This document shows, piece after piece, positions 19,248-28,378 of a stretch of DNA of 64,000 bases. Made by a program: the position numbers and the translations under genes. Location: IMG/VR virus record IMGVR_UViG_2900261899_000001, positions 32,001 through 96,000 of that record. One strand, 5' to 3'. Under the pieces are notes generated by a model, which saw only the letters and a list, made by a program, of their open reading frames with translations, was not told the DNA's origin and did no database searches. Numbering within the stretch: position 1 is the first letter of the stretch; each line of letters opens with the position of its first letter. This stretch comes from a virus (Duplodnaviria; Caudoviricetes).

Positions 19248-20138
19248 ATGTCCGACTTCACGCGCGGATCTTGGGCCGGTGGGCTCGCGGAATGGATCGA
19301 TGGCGACACCGTCTTCCTGTCGGTCGCCTTCACATGGAAGCTCGATGACGCCTACCAGCGGGCGATCTTCTGGAAGGCGCAAGGCTACAGGGTTCGCGCG
19401 GGCGGACCGGGGATCTTCACGCGCAAGCACTACCTCGCCGACGTCGCCGAGATCGGCGGAAGCGCCCCTGATGCCGTGATCCGTCACAACCCGATGGCGA
19501 CGGTCGCCAGCCGGGGTTGCTCGGTCGGCTGCTGGTTCTGCATCGTCCCAAAGATGGAGGGGCGCACCTACACCGAACTCCCGGATTTTCCGGTGCGGCC
19601 GGTGCTCTGCGACAACAATCTCTCCGACCTGTCACGCGAGTACCAGGAGCACATCGTGTCCCGGTACCGCGCAACGGGCGTGCCTCTCCTCGATGCGAAC
19701 AGCGGTTTCGAGCCGCGCACCTTCGACGACGAGGTCTACCGGCGCTGGCAGCCGATCCTGCGCGGCCCATGGCGGTTCGGCTTCGATGAGGCGACCGAGG
19801 GTGCCGATGTCGAGCGGGCTTTCCGTCTGCTGAGAGATGTCTCGTCGCGTCGGAAGCAAGTCTACACGATGATCGGCCATGAGCCGTTTGCCGTGTGCAT
19901 GGAGCGGATCCGGCGCGTGATCGCATGGGGCGGGGAGCCGTACGCCCAGCCGTTCATGAAGCTCAACGCGCTCGAGAAGCGTCCGCACGTCCGGCACGAC
20001 TGGACACCGCGCCTGCTGAGCGACGTGGCCCGCTGGGTGAACCGACGCGGGTGGAAGTCCGGCGACTTCGACACGTACCGTCGCTCCGCTCGCAATCGGC
20101 ACCCGGCCCAGGCCGACCAATTGGAGCTCGCCGCCTGA
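19248..20138 (+). CDS. Radical SAM protein
   Basis: SRGCSVGCWFCIVPKMEG (CxxxCxxC). Confidence 0.85.
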   Translation: MSDFTRGSWAGGLAEWIDGDTVFLSVAFTWKLDDAYQRAIFWKAQGYRVRAGGPGIFTRKHYLADVAEIGGSAPDAVIRHNPMATVASRGCSVGCWFCIVPKMEGRTYTELPDFPVRPVLCDNNLSDLSREYQEHIVSRYRATGVPLLDANSGFEPRTFDDEVYRRWQPILRGPWRFGFDEATEGADVERAFRLLRDVSSRRKQVYTMIGHEPFAVCMERIRRVIAWGGEPYAQPFMKLNALEKRPHVRHDWTPRLLSDVARWVNRRGWKSGDFDTYRRSARNRHPAQADQLELAA

Positions 20139-20869
20139 TGACCGACCGACCCATGATCTTCTCCGCACCGATGGTGCGCGCTTTGCTCGAAGGGCGGAAG
20201 TCGCAGACGCGGCGGCTGCTGAAGGGTGGCGTGCCCGAGGCGCCGGGGATGGGCGTCCACCCGAGCCACGTTGCCAATCGCCCGGCACCGTACCTCGACG
20301 CCTATTGCAGCGAGCGCAAGTCCGTCGCGAACCCGCGGGGCATGTCGACCCTATGGTGCTGGTGGACGCGCGACGACCGGATGGGGCGGGACTTCCGGGT
20401 GGCCTACAAGCCGGGCGACCGGCTCTGGGTCCGCGAGAACTGCCGGGCTGAAGAATTGCCGGAAGGCCAAGACGGTGTCCGGTTTCGGGCTGACGACACC
20501 TTCGTCAACATCGCAGCGAACCGTGACGCGGCCGACGCCTGGCTCGCGCTCTTCTACTATCGCGGGCGAGGCAAAGCCGGGATCGGTAATCCGGTCCCTT
20601 CAATCCACATGCCGCGCTGGGCCTCGCGCCTCACGCTTCTCGTCACCGACGTGAAGGTCGAGCGGCTTCAGGACATCAGCGAGGCGGACGCCCAAGCCGA
20701 GGGCGCGGTGGGCATGCCGACCTGGGGTAGCCACCGCAACGGCTTCAACGCGATCTGGCTCGACATCCACGGTGCCGAATCCTGGAACGCGAACCCATGG
20801 ATCGTGGGCGTTTCGTTCGAAGTGGTCCGCGCGAACATCGATGCGCTTCCGGCAGCGAGGGCGGCATGA
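20138..20869 (+). CDS. Conserved phage protein (ASCH/PUA-like)
   Basis: PMIFSAPMVRALLEGRKSQTRR, PSIHMPRWASR, ERLQDISEADA.AEG, NPWI. Confidence 0.8.
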   Translation: MTDRPMIFSAPMVRALLEGRKSQTRRLLKGGVPEAPGMGVHPSHVANRPAPYLDAYCSERKSVANPRGMSTLWCWWTRDDRMGRDFRVAYKPGDRLWVRENCRAEELPEGQDGVRFRADDTFVNIAANRDAADAWLALFYYRGRGKAGIGNPVPSIHMPRWASRLTLLVTDVKVERLQDISEADAQAEGAVGMPTWGSHRNGFNAIWLDIHGAESWNANPWIVGVSFEVVRANIDALPAARAA

Positions 20870-21354
20870 CGCGCTGCTACGCCGCCGACACGTCAGTCCC
20901 GATGGACCGCAGCATTTCGGAGATCCGCACGACGGTGCGCCGCTACGGGGCGACTGAGTTCGCGCACATGGAGAGCGACGACCAGGCTGCGATCACCTTC
21001 ACGATGAAGGGCCGGCGCATACTATTCCGGCTGGCCATGCCGGACCGCAAGAGCCGCGAGTTCACGCACACCGAGGCAAAGCGCCAGGCGCGCAGTGCCA
21101 CGGCCGCCGAGGCCGCCTGGGAGCAAGCCTGCCGATCTCGGTGGCGGGCTCTCGCGCTCGTCATCAAAGCAAAGCTGGAGGCGGTCGAAGTCGGAATCGT
21201 GGTGTTTGAAGATGAGTTTTTAGCGAACACTGTCCCCCCAGGGGCCTCGGTCACCTTCGGCGAAACCGTGCGCGAGAGCATGCGGATCGCCCACGAGACC
21301 CGCGAACTGACGCCGCTCCTCCCGCACATCAGAGGGGGGGACCCTCGTGGTTGA
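20866..21354 (+). CDS. Conserved phage protein
   Basis: WRALALVIKAKLEAVEVGIVVFEDEFLA. Confidence 0.75.
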   Translation: MTRCYAADTSVPMDRSISEIRTTVRRYGATEFAHMESDDQAAITFTMKGRRILFRLAMPDRKSREFTHTEAKRQARSATAAEAAWEQACRSRWRALALVIKAKLEAVEVGIVVFEDEFLANTVPPGASVTFGETVRESMRIAHETRELTPLLPHIRGGDPRG

Positions 21355-21925
21355 CTTAAAAGGCAACACGACCGCCCGTCCTGTGATCCAAGGATCCGCG
21401 GAATTCTCCGACTGCGGCTTCTACCGTCATCGGCTCGACCGGTGGTGGGGCGAGGCCCCGCGCGCCCTTGTGATCGGCGCGAACCCGAGCCGCGCCGGCG
21501 CCGACGATAACGACCCGACGATCTGCCGGCTGATCGCGCTGCTGTCCTGGCGGACCGACATCGGCGGGTTCACGATGATGAACGCCGACGACTTCATCGC
21601 GACCGACCCGGCCGATCATGTCCGCTGGCGCGACGGCCTCGACATCACGGCGCTGAAGTTCGTGCGGGGGCAGAACCTGCAGCGCATCCGCGATGTGTCG
21701 ACCACGGCGGCCGTTCGCATCGTTGCCTTCGGCAACCTGCTGACGCCCGGTCTCCACCGCGACCGCGTACTGGCCGCCCTCAGTCTCGACGGCCGACACC
21801 CCCTGTTCGCCTTCGGTCTGACCGACAGTGGGGCACCGAAGCATCCGCTGGCGCGCGGTCACCACCGGATCCCGAACGACGCGCCGCTGATCGAATGGCG
21901 GCCGGCCTTGAGGAGCGCGGCATGA
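21347..21925 (+). CDS. DUF1643 family protein
   Basis: YRHRLDRWW, NPSRA...DPT, PKHPL. Confidence 0.85.
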   Translation: MVDLKGNTTARPVIQGSAEFSDCGFYRHRLDRWWGEAPRALVIGANPSRAGADDNDPTICRLIALLSWRTDIGGFTMMNADDFIATDPADHVRWRDGLDITALKFVRGQNLQRIRDVSTTAAVRIVAFGNLLTPGLHRDRVLAALSLDGRHPLFAFGLTDSGAPKHPLARGHHRIPNDAPLIEWRPALRSAA

Positions 21926-22203
21926 GCGAGACCCCTGCCCTCACCCGCGTGTTCCTCACGCTGCCCGACGTTCTCGAAACCGGCATCGTCGAGATCGAGG
22001 TGGAGATCGTCAGCGCCGAGGTGATCCGTCGGAGCGACGGCTTCTTGCTCGGCGGCTTCGGCGTCACCTGGCATCGCCATCGGGCCAGCGCCTGGCGTCG
22101 TGCTGGCGAGATCCGGCGCGCGCGCGTCGAAAGCCTCCTGACCGAGATCGATCGCGTCAACGCCCTCGACTTCGGGGCCAGCAGCGGAGGCTTCCGTGGC
22201 TGA
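21922..22203 (+). CDS. Hypothetical protein
   Basis: ATGA overlap. Confidence 0.5.
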   Translation: MSETPALTRVFLTLPDVLETGIVEIEVEIVSAEVIRRSDGFLLGGFGVTWHRHRASAWRRAGEIRRARVESLLTEIDRVNALDFGASSGGFRG

Positions 22204-22242
22204 AGTGCGCCCTGCCCTGCCTTGTCACCCGGAGCACCTTCG

Positions 22243-22548
22243 ATGACGGCCCCGTCGCTGATCACCGCTGCCCGCAACGCGCCTGACGCCCGTGACCGCA
22301 TCCTCGAAATGGCGGTCCTGATGCAGGAGCACCGTTTCGGCCCCGAGGGCGGCTGCACCGACCATCACCTCGAGGTCGCCGGGTTCACGCGAGCCGAAAT
22401 CGAGGTCTACGCGAACTCCGCCCGCGCGGTGCTGGCGCGCCGGCCGTCTGAGTTGCGCACCACGCGGCCCGGCCGCGTCACGGGACGCACGCTGGCAAAG
22501 CGCGCCGAAGCGATCCGGGCTCGGATCAAGGGAGGCGGCCGTGGCTGA
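22243..22548 (+). CDS. Hypothetical protein
   Basis: GGAG RBS; overlaps next start. Confidence 0.55.
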   Translation: MTAPSLITAARNAPDARDRILEMAVLMQEHRFGPEGGCTDHHLEVAGFTRAEIEVYANSARAVLARRPSELRTTRPGRVTGRTLAKRAEAIRARIKGGGRG

Positions 22549-23521
22549 GACTACAGGCATCTCGTGGTGCGACCGGACGTGGTCGCCTTGGATCGGTTGC
22601 ACCAAGATCAGCCCGGCGTGCGACGGCTGCTATGCCGCGCACCTGATGGACACCCGGATGGGTCGCGTCGAGTGGGGCCCGCATGGTGTCCGGCAGCGGA
22701 CCAGCGAGACCTACTGGCGCAACCTTGGAAAGTGGGATCGGGAGGCGAAGGCTGCCGGCAGGATCATCACCGTGTTCCCGTCGCTCTGCGACCCATGGGA
22801 CAACGCGGCCGACCCAGGTATCCGGCGCGAGTGGTTCGCCGTCATGCGCGAGACGCCGAGCCTGATGCACCTGCTGCTTTCGAAGCGACCGCAGAACGCG
22901 GTCGCCATGGCGCGGGCTGCCGGCGGATTGCCGAAGAACGCAGCGCTTGGCGCGACTTGTGAAAATCAGGAGGTAGCGAACCGGAACGTACGCCACCTGC
23001 TCGACGCCGCACGCGAACTCTACCCGGCCTTCACCTTCGTCTCGGCCGAGCCGCTGCTCGGGCCGATTGACTTCACCCGGATCGACTACGGCACCATTCG
23101 CGGCCACACGGTCATTCGCGATGCCCTGAAGGCATCCGACATCGAACGTATCGATTGGGTAATCACGGGTGGAGAAACGGGTCAGGGCCAGCACAAAGCT
23201 AGACCGTCCCATCCGGATTGGTTTCGATTGATCCAGGAACAGTGCACTGCCGCTGGCGTCCCCTACCACCATAAGCAGAACGGCGAATGGTCCACCACGC
23301 ATCCGAATTGGCCGCGCGCCCACCCGACCGTCATGGCGAACGACGGTACGCTCTACCGGCCCGAGGACCTCGCCTACCCTGACGGTCCTCGATACGGCGA
23401 GGCCATTCGCGCGAACCACGACAAGGCGCACCTGACCAACATCTACCGCGTCGGCAAGAAGCTCTCTGGCCGGCTCTTGGACGGCGTCGAGTACAACGGC
23501 ATGCCGGAGTTACGGCCATGA
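22541..23521 (+). CDS. DUF5131 (Gp37/Gp68) family protein
   Basis: ISWCDRTWSPWIGCTKISPACDGCYA, LLSKRP, SAEPLLG, WVITGGE. Confidence 0.9.
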   Translation: MAETTGISWCDRTWSPWIGCTKISPACDGCYAAHLMDTRMGRVEWGPHGVRQRTSETYWRNLGKWDREAKAAGRIITVFPSLCDPWDNAADPGIRREWFAVMRETPSLMHLLLSKRPQNAVAMARAAGGLPKNAALGATCENQEVANRNVRHLLDAARELYPAFTFVSAEPLLGPIDFTRIDYGTIRGHTVIRDALKASDIERIDWVITGGETGQGQHKARPSHPDWFRLIQEQCTAAGVPYHHKQNGEWSTTHPNWPRAHPTVMANDGTLYRPEDLAYPDGPRYGEAIRANHDKAHLTNIYRVGKKLSGRLLDGVEYNGMPELRP

Positions 23522-23910
23522 ACATTACGGTCCCCTGCCCTCGCTGCTCCGGCACCGGGTACGACACGTTCGAGGACCGGCACGCTGAGACCAATCACGA
23601 CGTCTGCAAGGCGTGCGGCGGCGAGGGCGTGATCCCGGCACGGACAGGCGAGACGCGGGAGGCGTCAGCCGTGCCGGAGGGTGGGCTAGCGCCCTCGCGA
23701 CGGGATTGTGTGCTCGCGATCGCCGACGGCGAGGTGATCGGCGCGGGGCCAGTCAACGAAGCCGGCTCCTGGTTCGCCCAGGAGCCCGCGGTGACGGAGG
23801 TCGTGCGCATGCCCGCCGAGGCTGCCGGCCGATTCCTATTCCGAGCATGGCCCGGCCGAGCGGCTGCGCTGAACATCCTCGGCGAGACTGGCTCCGCCGT
23901 GGCGCTGTAG
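23518..23910 (+). CDS. Zn-finger hypothetical protein
   Basis: CPRCSGTG / CKACGGEG. Confidence 0.55.
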   Translation: MNITVPCPRCSGTGYDTFEDRHAETNHDVCKACGGEGVIPARTGETREASAVPEGGLAPSRRDCVLAIADGEVIGAGPVNEAGSWFAQEPAVTEVVRMPAEAAGRFLFRAWPGRAAALNILGETGSAVAL

Positions 23911-23919
23911 GATCATCGA

Positions 23920-24468
23920 ATGGCGAAGATCATCGAACTGAAGCAATTCCGCCGCGGTAGCGTCCGGTGCCCGGCGATCGGGCTCGTGTTCCCGCAATTG
24001 TACCGCCGGCGTGGGGTGAACTGGACCTATCCGCCCGGCAAGGACGATAGCAATTTCGAAGAGCTCATTCCGGGCATTCATCCTGATATCAATTACACCC
24101 TGACCACCGAGGATGATGGCACCGTCGCCAATCCCGAGTGGGATCCCATCGAGCATCCCTCGCCCGAGTACGAGACCGGGTGGATCATCGTCCGGCATCA
24201 CCAATCCCATGCCCACGTCGAAGGCTATCTGGATGGGTATGGCGACATGGTCGCCACGGACCGTCTCGGCAGAATGGTGTTCGAGACATCGACTGGTCTT
24301 TTCACGGTTCTGCAGCGTGATCCTCTCCCGGGACAACCGCAACCGCTCATCGCGTACGCGACGAAGGTCCCCCATCCGATGGTCGGGGAAGATCACTGGT
24401 ACAAGGTGCTCGGCATCGATGGCGTCGAGCATGAGTCGAGCGTGCTCTTGCCGGACATCATGTTCTGA
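23920..24468 (+). CDS. Hypothetical protein
   Basis: 182-aa ORF with protein-like composition. Confidence 0.6.
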   Translation: MAKIIELKQFRRGSVRCPAIGLVFPQLYRRRGVNWTYPPGKDDSNFEELIPGIHPDINYTLTTEDDGTVANPEWDPIEHPSPEYETGWIIVRHHQSHAHVEGYLDGYGDMVATDRLGRMVFETSTGLFTVLQRDPLPGQPQPLIAYATKVPHPMVGEDHWYKVLGIDGVEHESSVLLPDIMF

Positions 24469-24583
24469 CCGGCGAGGACGCCGGACGAGCGGCTCTTGCT
24501 TTTGACTCGACACCCTTCCCCGAATCGGCGTTCTTGCTTAACGCTTAAAGTTTCTCGGTCCGATTGGCCGATTTTCTGAAAAC

Positions 24584-25816
24584 GTGTTCGGGGCAATGAA
24601 CCAACGTGCGGTCGTAGTACCACCCACGGAACGGGCGATCGAGGCGCCAGGCGCCCTCATCGGCCACGACGCTGCGACTCTGCGTAATCGGCTGCAGTCG
24701 ATCAGCTCCGGCCTGTTTCCACCGGACGCCGCGAAGACGCTTCGGCGGTTCGCGGCAAGCGAGGCGGCCAAGATCCTCGGGGTGACGGTTCAGCGGCTCA
24801 GCCAGCTGGAGGGCGACGAGGCCGTTCCGGACCCGGAGGTTTCGAACACGGGTCGGCGCTCCTACAGCCTCGATGACATCCATGCGATCCGGCTGCACCT
24901 AGACAAGGTGACGAAGACCGACCGGCGGTACGATCCCCGCCGCGAGGACGGCGAGCACCTTCAGGTCATCTCGGTCGTCAACTTCAAGGGCGGGTCCGGC
25001 AAGACCACCACGGCGGCGCATCTCGCGCAGTCGCTGGCGCTGCGCGGCTACCGGGTGCTGGCGATCGATCTCGACCCGCAGGCCAGCCTGTCCGCGCTGC
25101 TTGGCGTGCAGCCCGAGATCGACGTCGCGCCGAACCAGACGCTCTACGCCGCCATCCGCTACGACGACGACCGCCGGGCGTTGAGCGAGGTGATCCGCAG
25201 GACCTACTTCGCCGGTCTGGATCTGGTCCCGGCCAACCTCGAACTGCAGGACTTCGAATTCGACACGCCGCGGGCTTTGACCAGCCGGCAGCCGGGCGAA
25301 CCGCTGTTCTTCGAGCGGATGGCGCGGGTGCTGGACGAGGTCGAGGCCGAGTACGACGTCGTGGTCGTCGATTGCCCGCCGCAGCTCGGCTACCTGACGC
25401 TCTCCGCGCTCAGCGCCGCGACCGCACTCCTGGTCACGGTCCACCCGCAGATGCTGGACGTCGCCTCGATGAGCCAGTTCCTGGCGATGGTCGAGGACCT
25501 GCTGTCCGTCATCTCGGAGCAGGGCGCCACACTGAGCTACGATTGGATCAGCTACCTGATCACGCGCTACGAGCCCCAGGACGGCCCGCAGACGCAGGTC
25601 GTCGGCATGCTCCGCGACCTGTTCGGCGATCGCGTCCTGACGAGCCCGATGTTGAAGTCGTCAGCTGTGTCCGATGCCGGGCTCTCGAAGCAGACCCTCT
25701 ACGAAATGGGACGCGCCGGGGTGACGCGCTCGACCTATGACCGTGCCCTCGAGGCGGTCGATCTGGTCAACAGCGAGATTGAAGCCAAGATGCAGCGCGG
25801 TTGGGGCCGGGCATGA
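24584..25816 (+). CDS. repA: Plasmid partition ATPase RepA
   Basis: VNFKGGSGKTT, IDLDPQASLS, DCPPQLGYLT, HPQMLDVASM. Confidence 0.96.
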   Translation: MFGAMNQRAVVVPPTERAIEAPGALIGHDAATLRNRLQSISSGLFPPDAAKTLRRFAASEAAKILGVTVQRLSQLEGDEAVPDPEVSNTGRRSYSLDDIHAIRLHLDKVTKTDRRYDPRREDGEHLQVISVVNFKGGSGKTTTAAHLAQSLALRGYRVLAIDLDPQASLSALLGVQPEIDVAPNQTLYAAIRYDDDRRALSEVIRRTYFAGLDLVPANLELQDFEFDTPRALTSRQPGEPLFFERMARVLDEVEAEYDVVVVDCPPQLGYLTLSALSAATALLVTVHPQMLDVASMSQFLAMVEDLLSVISEQGATLSYDWISYLITRYEPQDGPQTQVVGMLRDLFGDRVLTSPMLKSSAVSDAGLSKQTLYEMGRAGVTRSTYDRALEAVDLVNSEIEAKMQRGWGRA

Positions 25817-26913
25817 GCAGAAAGGCGAACCTCAGCGCCCTGCTCGCCGGCAAGACTGCGCCTGCCCCAGGGCCGCAGACGGACGCGCCGGCGGGGAACT
25901 TGGCAGCTGCCAAGATCACCCCTGCCCCCACTGACAAGCCCGACTTGGCAGCTGCCAAGAAAGCGCCGCCGGACTGGTCGGCGCGGCCTCGAAGCGGCGC
26001 GATCCGCGGCATGGAAGCGACGCTTCGGACGCTGGCAGACGGACCAGGGCGGCCCGAGGACGGCACGTCGGTCGTCGAACTGGATCCGACCCTGCTCGAC
26101 CCGTCCATGGTCGTCGACCGCGTTGCCGATCCCGGTGATCCGTCTTTCGCGGCGCTCGTCGACAGCATGCGTGATGGCGGACAGCAGGTCCCGATCCTGG
26201 TGCGCCGACATCCGCAGAGCACCGGCCGGTTCCAGATCGCCTATGGGCACCGTCGCTGGCGCGCCGCAGCCGAACTCGGCCGGCCGGTTCGGGCCCTCAT
26301 CAAGCCCCTGACGGACGATGAACTCGTCGTCGCGCAAGGCAAGGAAAACCTCGAACGGCGTGACCTCAGCTATATCGAGCGGGCACTGTTCGCCGCCCGC
26401 ATGGAAGCCCAGGGGTTCAAGCGCGAGACGATCTGGTCCGCGATGGGGACCGTCGAGTCGGAGATCAGCCGGTACGTCGCGATCGTCGCCAACGTGCCCG
26501 AGCATCTCATCGCGGCGATCGGGCCGGCCCCGAAAATCGGGCGCCCGCGCTGGGTGGCTTTCAGCGATCGGTTGAGGGCGGTGGGCGCTGGTCTTGCCGA
26601 AGCCGCCGTGGCTGAGCCCGGTTTCGCAGAGAAGGCGACCGACGACCGGTTCGCCGCCGTGTTCGCGGCGCTGACCGCGAAGCCGGCAGCGAAGGCACAG
26701 AGGCCGCAAGTCTGGAAGGACCCCAGAGGTCGCAAGGTCGCGCGCGTCGAGCGCAGCGGCGGCCGCTTCATTCTGTCGATCGATGAGACGCTGGCGCCCA
26801 GACTTGGGCCCGCTCTGTTCGAACGGCTTCCCGAGATCCTGGCCGCCCTTGAGGCCGGCGAGGACGAACCCGTTCCGCAACGCGAACCGAAAGGAGACCG
26901 ACCCCCGGAATAA
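25813..26913 (+). CDS. repB: ParB-family RepB
   Basis: GQQVPILVR, YGHRRWRA, QGKENLERRDLSYIERALFA, GPAPKIGRPRW. Confidence 0.95.
   Translation: MSRKANLSALLAGKTAPAPGPQTDAPAGNLAAAKITPAPTDKPDLAAAKKAPPDWSARPRSGAIRGMEATLRTLADGPGRPEDGTSVVELDPTLLDPSMVVDRVADPGDPSFAALVDSMRDGGQQVPILVRRHPQSTGRFQIAYGHRRWRAAAELGRPVRALIKPLTDDELVVAQGKENLERRDLSYIERALFAARMEAQGFKRETIWSAMGTVESEISRYVAIVANVPEHLIAAIGPAPKIGRPRWVAFSDRLRAVGAGLAEAAVAEPGFAEKATDDRFAAVFAALTAKPAAKAQRPQVWKDPRGRKVARVERSGGRFILSIDETLAPRLGPALFERLPEILAALEAGEDEPVPQREPKGDRPPE
25899..25959. repeat. Two parS-like palindromes inside the 5' end of repB
   Basis: CTTGGCAGCTGCCAAG at 25899-25914 and 25944-25959. Confidence 0.8.
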
Positions 26914-26970
26914 GAAAAGGCCCCCCGAACCGCGTCCGGAAGGCCCTCTCTATTAGTCCTGGCAGACGTA
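26913..26970 (-). ncRNA. repABC counter-transcribed RNA (ctRNA)
   Basis: In the repB-repC gap; minus-strand TTGACG (26994-26999) and TATGAT promoter, then GGCC-stem hairpin plus U-tract; ends approximate. Confidence 0.75.
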
Positions 26971-27059
26971 GAGAATCATACCTCCCGGCACATCGTCAAG
27001 CGATTTGACGCCGACCCGTTTCGGCGAACGCCCGATCTTTGCCCGGCTTCGGCCACGCC

Positions 27060-28334
27060 ATGATCGATCATTTCACGACGCCCTTTGGGCGGCGATCGCT
27101 GACGGCTGCGCAGATCCAAGCGCAGGCGAAGGCAGCCGCATGCCCGCCCGAGACCACCGCCGACAAATGGGCAGTGGTCCGCCACGTCTCGACGGCCCGC
27201 TGCGAACTGGGGTTGGCCGATCGCGCCATCGCGATCCTCTCGGCCCTGGTGAGCTTCCATCCGGAGACCAACCTCCAAGCCGGGGAGGGGGCACAACTCG
27301 TCGTCTTCCCGTCCAATGCGCAGATCCGGCTGCGCGCCCACGGCATCGCTGAGACGACCCTGCGGTACCACCTCGGGGCGCTCGTCGAGGCCGGCATCCT
27401 CATTCGCCGCGATAGCCCGAACGGGAAACGCTACGCCCGGAAAGGACAGGGCGGCGAGATCGCTGAAGCCTTCGGCTTCGACCTGACGCCGCTGGTGGCG
27501 CGTGCCGCCGAGTTCGCGGCAATTGCCGACCGGATCGCGGCGGCCGAACGCGCCGAGCGCCTGGCCAAGGAGCGGGTGAGTCTGAAGCGGCGCGATCTCC
27601 GCAAGCTGATCGAATGGGCGGCCGAGGCCGGCGCTGCTGGTCCGTGGGGAGCCCTGTCCCGGCAGCTTGAGGATCTGATCGACGGCTTTCCGCGCCGCCC
27701 GTCCGGCGAGGCCCTGGCGACGATGGATGCCGCGCTCGGCTCGCTCCTGACCGAAGCCCACAAGCATCTGGATGTCGTTGCGGAATCCACGATTCACGAT
27801 GGCAATGCCAGCGAAACACGACGGCACCATCATAATTCAAAACCAGAGACCGTTAGAATCGAACATACAAACGGCGGGAGCCCAGAAGAACCGGTGGCGC
27901 CACAGGACCGAGAGGGCAGGGCCGGGTCGACGTACCCGTTGCCCATGGTGATCGAGGCCTGCCCCGACATCGTCGACTATGCTCGGGGTGGCGTCAGGAC
28001 GTGGGGCGACTTGATCGATGCTGCCGAGCTCGTCCGCGGCATGCTCGGGATCAGCCCAACCGCCTGGCGCGAGGCTCGCGACGCAATGGGACCGGAAACG
28101 GCGGCCGTAACGGTGGCGGCGATCCTGCAGCGGGCCGAGCACATCCGAAGCCCAGGCGGCTACTTGCGGTCTCTGGTCGAACGAAAGCGGGGAGGGCTGT
28201 TCAGCCTGGGACCGGTCCTGCAGGCGCTGCTGCGAGCCCGCGATCCGGCGACGATGCACGCGGGGAGGGATAAGTTCGGCGTTCCGCGGCCGTCAGGGGT
28301 GCCCAGCATGGCCCCGCGCAGGGCAGGCGGGTAG
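27060..28334 (+). CDS. repC: Replication initiator RepC
   Basis: TTPFGRR, VVFPSN, RRDSPNGKRYARK, AFGFDLTPL, IRSPGGYLRSL. Confidence 0.96.
   Translation: MIDHFTTPFGRRSLTAAQIQAQAKAAACPPETTADKWAVVRHVSTARCELGLADRAIAILSALVSFHPETNLQAGEGAQLVVFPSNAQIRLRAHGIAETTLRYHLGALVEAGILIRRDSPNGKRYARKGQGGEIAEAFGFDLTPLVARAAEFAAIADRIAAAERAERLAKERVSLKRRDLRKLIEWAAEAGAAGPWGALSRQLEDLIDGFPRRPSGEALATMDAALGSLLTEAHKHLDVVAESTIHDGNASETRRHHHNSKPETVRIEHTNGGSPEEPVAPQDREGRAGSTYPLPMVIEACPDIVDYARGGVRTWGDLIDAAELVRGMLGISPTAWREARDAMGPETAAVTVAAILQRAEHIRSPGGYLRSLVERKRGGLFSLGPVLQALLRARDPATMHAGRDKFGVPRPSGVPSMAPRRAGG
27780..27870. promoter_or_regulatory. Probable oriV inside repC
   Basis: AT-richer patch with GANTC sites at 27783, 27791 and 27856. 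Confidence 0.6.
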
Positions 28335-28378
28335 GTTTTCGTCACGGGCAACGCCCGGCTCTGAAGGAGACCTGACCC

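Noticed and set aside
22206-22230. Short GGCAG GGCAG GGCGC run on the minus strand
   Set aside because: Only three units, without TAGC leader or 3' hairpin; expected by chance at this GC content
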